Below, piece by piece: positions 34,768 through 37,384 of a DNA stretch of 37,384 nt; position 1 is the stretch's first letter, and each line of letters begins with the position of its first letter. A program made the translations under genes and the position numbers. The notes beneath the pieces were generated by a model, which saw only the letters and a program-made list of their open reading frames with translations, had not been told where the DNA came from and made no database searches. The DNA comes from a virus, in the UHGV virus genome UHGV-0179656; one strand, 5' to 3'.

Positions 34768-35556
34768 TTGCGAATGAATCTAGGATACATCAAGTTATAC
34801 CGTAAAGTGACTAGTTCATTCGTTTGGACCAATTCCGATATGTTCAAGCTATGGATATTGTGTTTAATGAAGGCTAGTCATGAAGATAGAAAATTTTTAT
34901 TTAACGGTCAAGAAGTACGTTTGACAAGCGGACAATTCGTCACGGGAGCCCATGCAATGGCAAAAGAGTACAACGAAGGAGTACCGAGTGACAAAGCAAT
35001 TGCATGGCGAACGCTATGGAGATGGCTTAAGAAATTTGAAAACGAAGAATTATTGACAATCCAATCGAACGCTAGATATAGCGTTATAACAATAATAAAT
35101 TGGTCTGACTATCAATCTAGTGACAAGCCAGTGACAAGCGACGGACAATCGAGTGACAAGCCAGTGACAACAAACAAGAATGAAAAGAATGAGAAGAATG
35201 AAAAGAATAATAATTATGTCGCAACACGCAAAAAACGCGTGTACGCAGACGATGATCCGAATAAAAAATTGGCCATTCTTTTATTAAAACTAATTCGAAA
35301 AAATCAAAACATCAAAGAACCTGATTTGGATAAATGGGCGAATACGATTCGTTTAACAATTGAATCTGACAAACGAACTGGTAGAGAAGTTCAAGACATG
35401 ATTGTGTGGGCCACTAGTAATGATTTCTGGTCTGGAGTGATTTTATCACCGACTAGCTTAAGAAAGCATTTCGATAAGATGGCTATCCAAAAAAATAAAA
35501 GAAAGCAACAAAATATTTCTAATGATGAGTTACCAGAAACAGGTGAGGATTGGTAA
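34768..35556 (+). CDS. Phage replisome organiser / replication initiator (DnaD-like N-terminal domain)
   Basis: N-terminal LGYIKLYRKV...WILCLMKASHEDR resembles the phage replisome-organiser N-domain. Iterons are embedded in the gene. A DnaC-like loader follows. Confidence 0.6.
   Translation: MRMNLGYIKLYRKVTSSFVWTNSDMFKLWILCLMKASHEDRKFLFNGQEVRLTSGQFVTGAHAMAKEYNEGVPSDKAIAWRTLWRWLKKFENEELLTIQSNARYSVITIINWSDYQSSDKPVTSDGQSSDKPVTTNKNEKNEKNEKNNNYVATRKKRVYADDDPNKKLAILLLKLIRKNQNIKEPDLDKWANTIRLTIESDKRTGREVQDMIVWATSNDFWSGVILSPTSLRKHFDKMAIQKNKRKQQNISNDELPETGEDW
35119..35215 (+). repeat. Iteron-like direct repeats inside the replication initiator gene, a candidate origin
   Basis: AGTGACAA at 35119, 35130, 35152 and 35163 (11-bp phasing). 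The 19-bp agtgacaagccagtgacaa occurs twice. aatga(a/g)aag repeats three times at 35179..35205. Confidence 0.5.
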
Positions 35557-36404
35557 TGGATAAAAAACTAAGTGCAATGGCTGCACCTTATGGCGGTTTG
35601 AGGATTGTTGATCATCCTTGCCCAAAATGCGGGGATCCATTGTACATGTGGAAATCAAAAAACAAAGATGGTACGGATCGATGCGGTCCTACATGTATCA
35701 ATAAGAGTTGCGGATATCGAGAAATGGTAACGAAAAATCAAAAAGAAGCTATCAAAAAAGCGAATGAAGCAATGAAAAGGGATGCCATCAATCGAATGAT
35801 TAACAGTTCAATGATTACGGACGATGCCATATGGACCTTCGATTTTGATGGATACAAAGTAGTTGATCAGGAAACAGCACAAATAAAAAGAATGGCTCAA
35901 GAATGGGCTAAAAAAATCGTAGATGGTAGCACGATTCACGCGGTTATTACTGGTAGAACAGGAGCCGGAAAAACTCATCTAGGTGCTGCAGTGATTAAAG
36001 AAGTGATGAGGGCATCTAATTATAAAATTGCCTGTTCATTTATAAGCTATCGAGAATTATTAGAGCAATTGAAGTTCGCAATGAATGATCCAGAAGCAAG
36101 AAAAGCTGTAACAGGATCATTGATGGCTGAAATAAAAAAGACAGATTTTGTGGTGATTGATGATTTAGGTGCGGAGCTAGGTCGAATGGAAGAAAACAAT
36201 CAAGCAACACCATACGATGTCGATGTTCTTACATCGCTCACAGAAGCTCGTTTAAACAAAGCTACGATATTCACGACTAATTTATCATCAAAGCAAATAA
36301 AACACGCATACGGCGAGCGAGTGTTCTCTCGTGTCATGAATGGAACAAAAGGGAACATTGCCGTATTCAAATCAACAACAGATAAAAGGAGGAATCCAGT
36401 TTGA
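35550..36404 (+). CDS. DnaC/IstB-like AAA+ helicase loader with an N-terminal C4 zinc ribbon
   Basis: Walker A GRTGAGKTHL and Walker B VVIDDLG. N-terminal CPKCG...CGPTC..C. Confidence 0.75.
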   Translation: MVMDKKLSAMAAPYGGLRIVDHPCPKCGDPLYMWKSKNKDGTDRCGPTCINKSCGYREMVTKNQKEAIKKANEAMKRDAINRMINSSMITDDAIWTFDFDGYKVVDQETAQIKRMAQEWAKKIVDGSTIHAVITGRTGAGKTHLGAAVIKEVMRASNYKIACSFISYRELLEQLKFAMNDPEARKAVTGSLMAEIKKTDFVVIDDLGAELGRMEENNQATPYDVDVLTSLTEARLNKATIFTTNLSSKQIKHAYGERVFSRVMNGTKGNIAVFKSTTDKRRNPV

Positions 36405-36643
36405 CCTTTGTAATTAAGAAAATGTGTTATTTAGACAAAAACGGAAAAGGCGTTATTTCATCTGAACAAGTACATCATTATGAGAGCTATGAAGCAGCTG
36501 AATTAGTTGCAAATACGTGCGGTGGTGAAATATTCAAAACGTTTAAGCCTGACCGACGATTTGCAAAAATTAAAACTAAGCCAGCAAAGAAAGAGGAATG
36601 CACTCCAAAGGGTAATCAAGCATGGATGAGAGGTGCAAAATGA
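36401..36643 (+). CDS. Hypothetical protein
   Basis: 80-aa coupled ORF. Confidence 0.4.
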   Translation: MTFVIKKMCYLDKNGKGVISSEQVHHYESYEAAELVANTCGGEIFKTFKPDRRFAKIKTKPAKKEECTPKGNQAWMRGAK

Positions 36644-36813
36644 CTTGTTTAAGGTGTAATGATGAAACTGTCATTTGGTATAAGACGTCGCTTGGCTGGT
36701 CAACTTGCGAACCTTGCCCAGTATGCAATAGAAATGGGCGAAAGCATGATGAGCGATTAAAAGAATTAAAAAGGAAGTATGCAGATGGTGACAAAAAGCA
36801 AATACGGAAATAA
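36622..36813 (+). CDS. Small Zn-ribbon protein
   Basis: CLRCN...CEPCPVC. Confidence 0.4.
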   Translation: MDERCKMTCLRCNDETVIWYKTSLGWSTCEPCPVCNRNGRKHDERLKELKRKYADGDKKQIRK

Positions 36814-37240
36814 AAAACATGAAGTAGACGGCATTATGTTTGATTCAAAGGCAGAGGCTAGATACTACATGAAGCTAAAACGAAATGGCATGAGCTTTAT
36901 GCCTTTATCTGAAACCTATTGTGCAATGCAAGAGAACGTTTTATTGCAAGAAGGATATTTATGTAACGATCGTAAGATTGCTCCTATTTATTACAGAGCC
37001 GATTTTGTGATTTACGAGAATGGCCAAGTGAAAAAAGTGATTGATGTCAAAGGGTATCAAGATGCAATCTCTATGCTGAAAATGAAGATGTTTGCTCATC
37101 GATATGGCTTTCCAGTGACATTTGCTAAGTTCGATTCAAAAATCAATAAATTTATTGAAATGGATTGTTTTGAATCAGCAAGACAGCAGCGAAAGAGACA
37201 AGCGGAACGAAGAAAAAAGAAATTAGCGGAGGGAAAATAA
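36779..37240 (+). CDS. DUF1064-like conserved phage early protein
   Basis: KYGNKKHEVDGIMFDSKAEARYY...YRADFVIYENGQV..IDVKG... is common in Firmicute phage replication modules. Confidence 0.45.
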   Translation: MQMVTKSKYGNKKHEVDGIMFDSKAEARYYMKLKRNGMSFMPLSETYCAMQENVLLQEGYLCNDRKIAPIYYRADFVIYENGQVKKVIDVKGYQDAISMLKMKMFAHRYGFPVTFAKFDSKINKFIEMDCFESARQQRKRQAERRKKKLAEGK

Positions 37241-37384
37241 ATGACAAAACAAGTGAATTTTAGACCAAAAGTCAAATCAATTAATATCGCAAATGAGGAA
37301 TTAACGAAAATTACTCTTGAAGTTAAAAATAATAGCTTAGATGGAAAATTAGATGAGTTAAGAAAATTTTCTAATAAAGTTGTG
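37241..37384 (+). CDS. Hypothetical protein, truncated by the window edge
   Basis: ATG follows RBS gagggaaaataa. The ORF runs off the window end. Confidence 0.35.
   Translation, partial: MTKQVNFRPKVKSINIANEELTKITLEVKNNSLDGKLDELRKFSNKVV

Noticed and set aside
35119-35215. Short direct repeats considered as a possible mini CRISPR array.
   Set aside because: The repeats are 8-19 bp with 11-bp phasing, lie inside a coding region, and have no spacers of CRISPR size and no cas genes. They look like iterons or linker repeats instead.

Overview
This 37.4 kb window is AT-rich temperate siphophage DNA from a low-GC Firmicute, probably Lactobacillales. The endolysin (GH25 + LysM), the XhlA/holin lysis cassette and the ArpU late activator would fit an Enterococcus-like host, but I cannot fix the host from sequence alone.

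Layout, left to right:
- An IS3-family insertion sequence (1..1279, minus strand) starts exactly at base 1 with its terminal TG. It cuts off the 5' end of a small phage early gene.
- A plus-strand phage late region (1280..26295) follows. It carries small early ORFs, an ArpU-family late activator, and a self-contained AT-rich two-gene cassette (SF2 helicase plus a 102-aa partner) with its own promoter region and terminator.
- The late region continues with an HNH endonuclease, a cos-like region, terminase small and large subunits, portal, prohead protease, major capsid, head-tail joining proteins, major tail protein and a tail chaperone with a conserved -1 programmed frameshift.
- It ends with tape measure, distal tail protein (Dit), a tail-associated lysin with lysozyme-like and M23 domains, BppU-like baseplate proteins, XkdX-like mini-proteins, XhlA plus holin, and a signal-peptide GH25-LysM endolysin.
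- A promoter-equipped tRNA-Met(CAT) gene lies at 26484..26557.
- A lysogeny and early module then runs to the window end. It opens with a tyrosine integrase (minus strand) whose 3' end faces the tRNA.
- Next is one gene broken by an in-frame TAA that, read through, encodes a HIRAN domain fused to a TM2 membrane domain. It is followed by an ImmA-like metalloprotease and an XRE repressor.
- A divergent operator region carries three TTAAC-N7-GTTAA sites.
- Plus-strand genes follow: Cro-like, antirepressor, Xis-like, small ORFs, RecT, a PD-(D/E)XK nuclease, a replisome organiser with internal iterons, a DnaC-like loader and a DUF1064-like protein. The module runs off the right edge.

The order lysis -> tRNA -> integrase means the window holds either two tandem prophages or one roughly 38 kb phage genome in permuted representation.

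The most interesting candidates are the helicase cassette in the ArpU-terminase accessory slot and the interrupted HIRAN-TM2 gene in the integrase-repressor accessory slot.

All domain calls come from reading motifs by eye. I ran no database searches.
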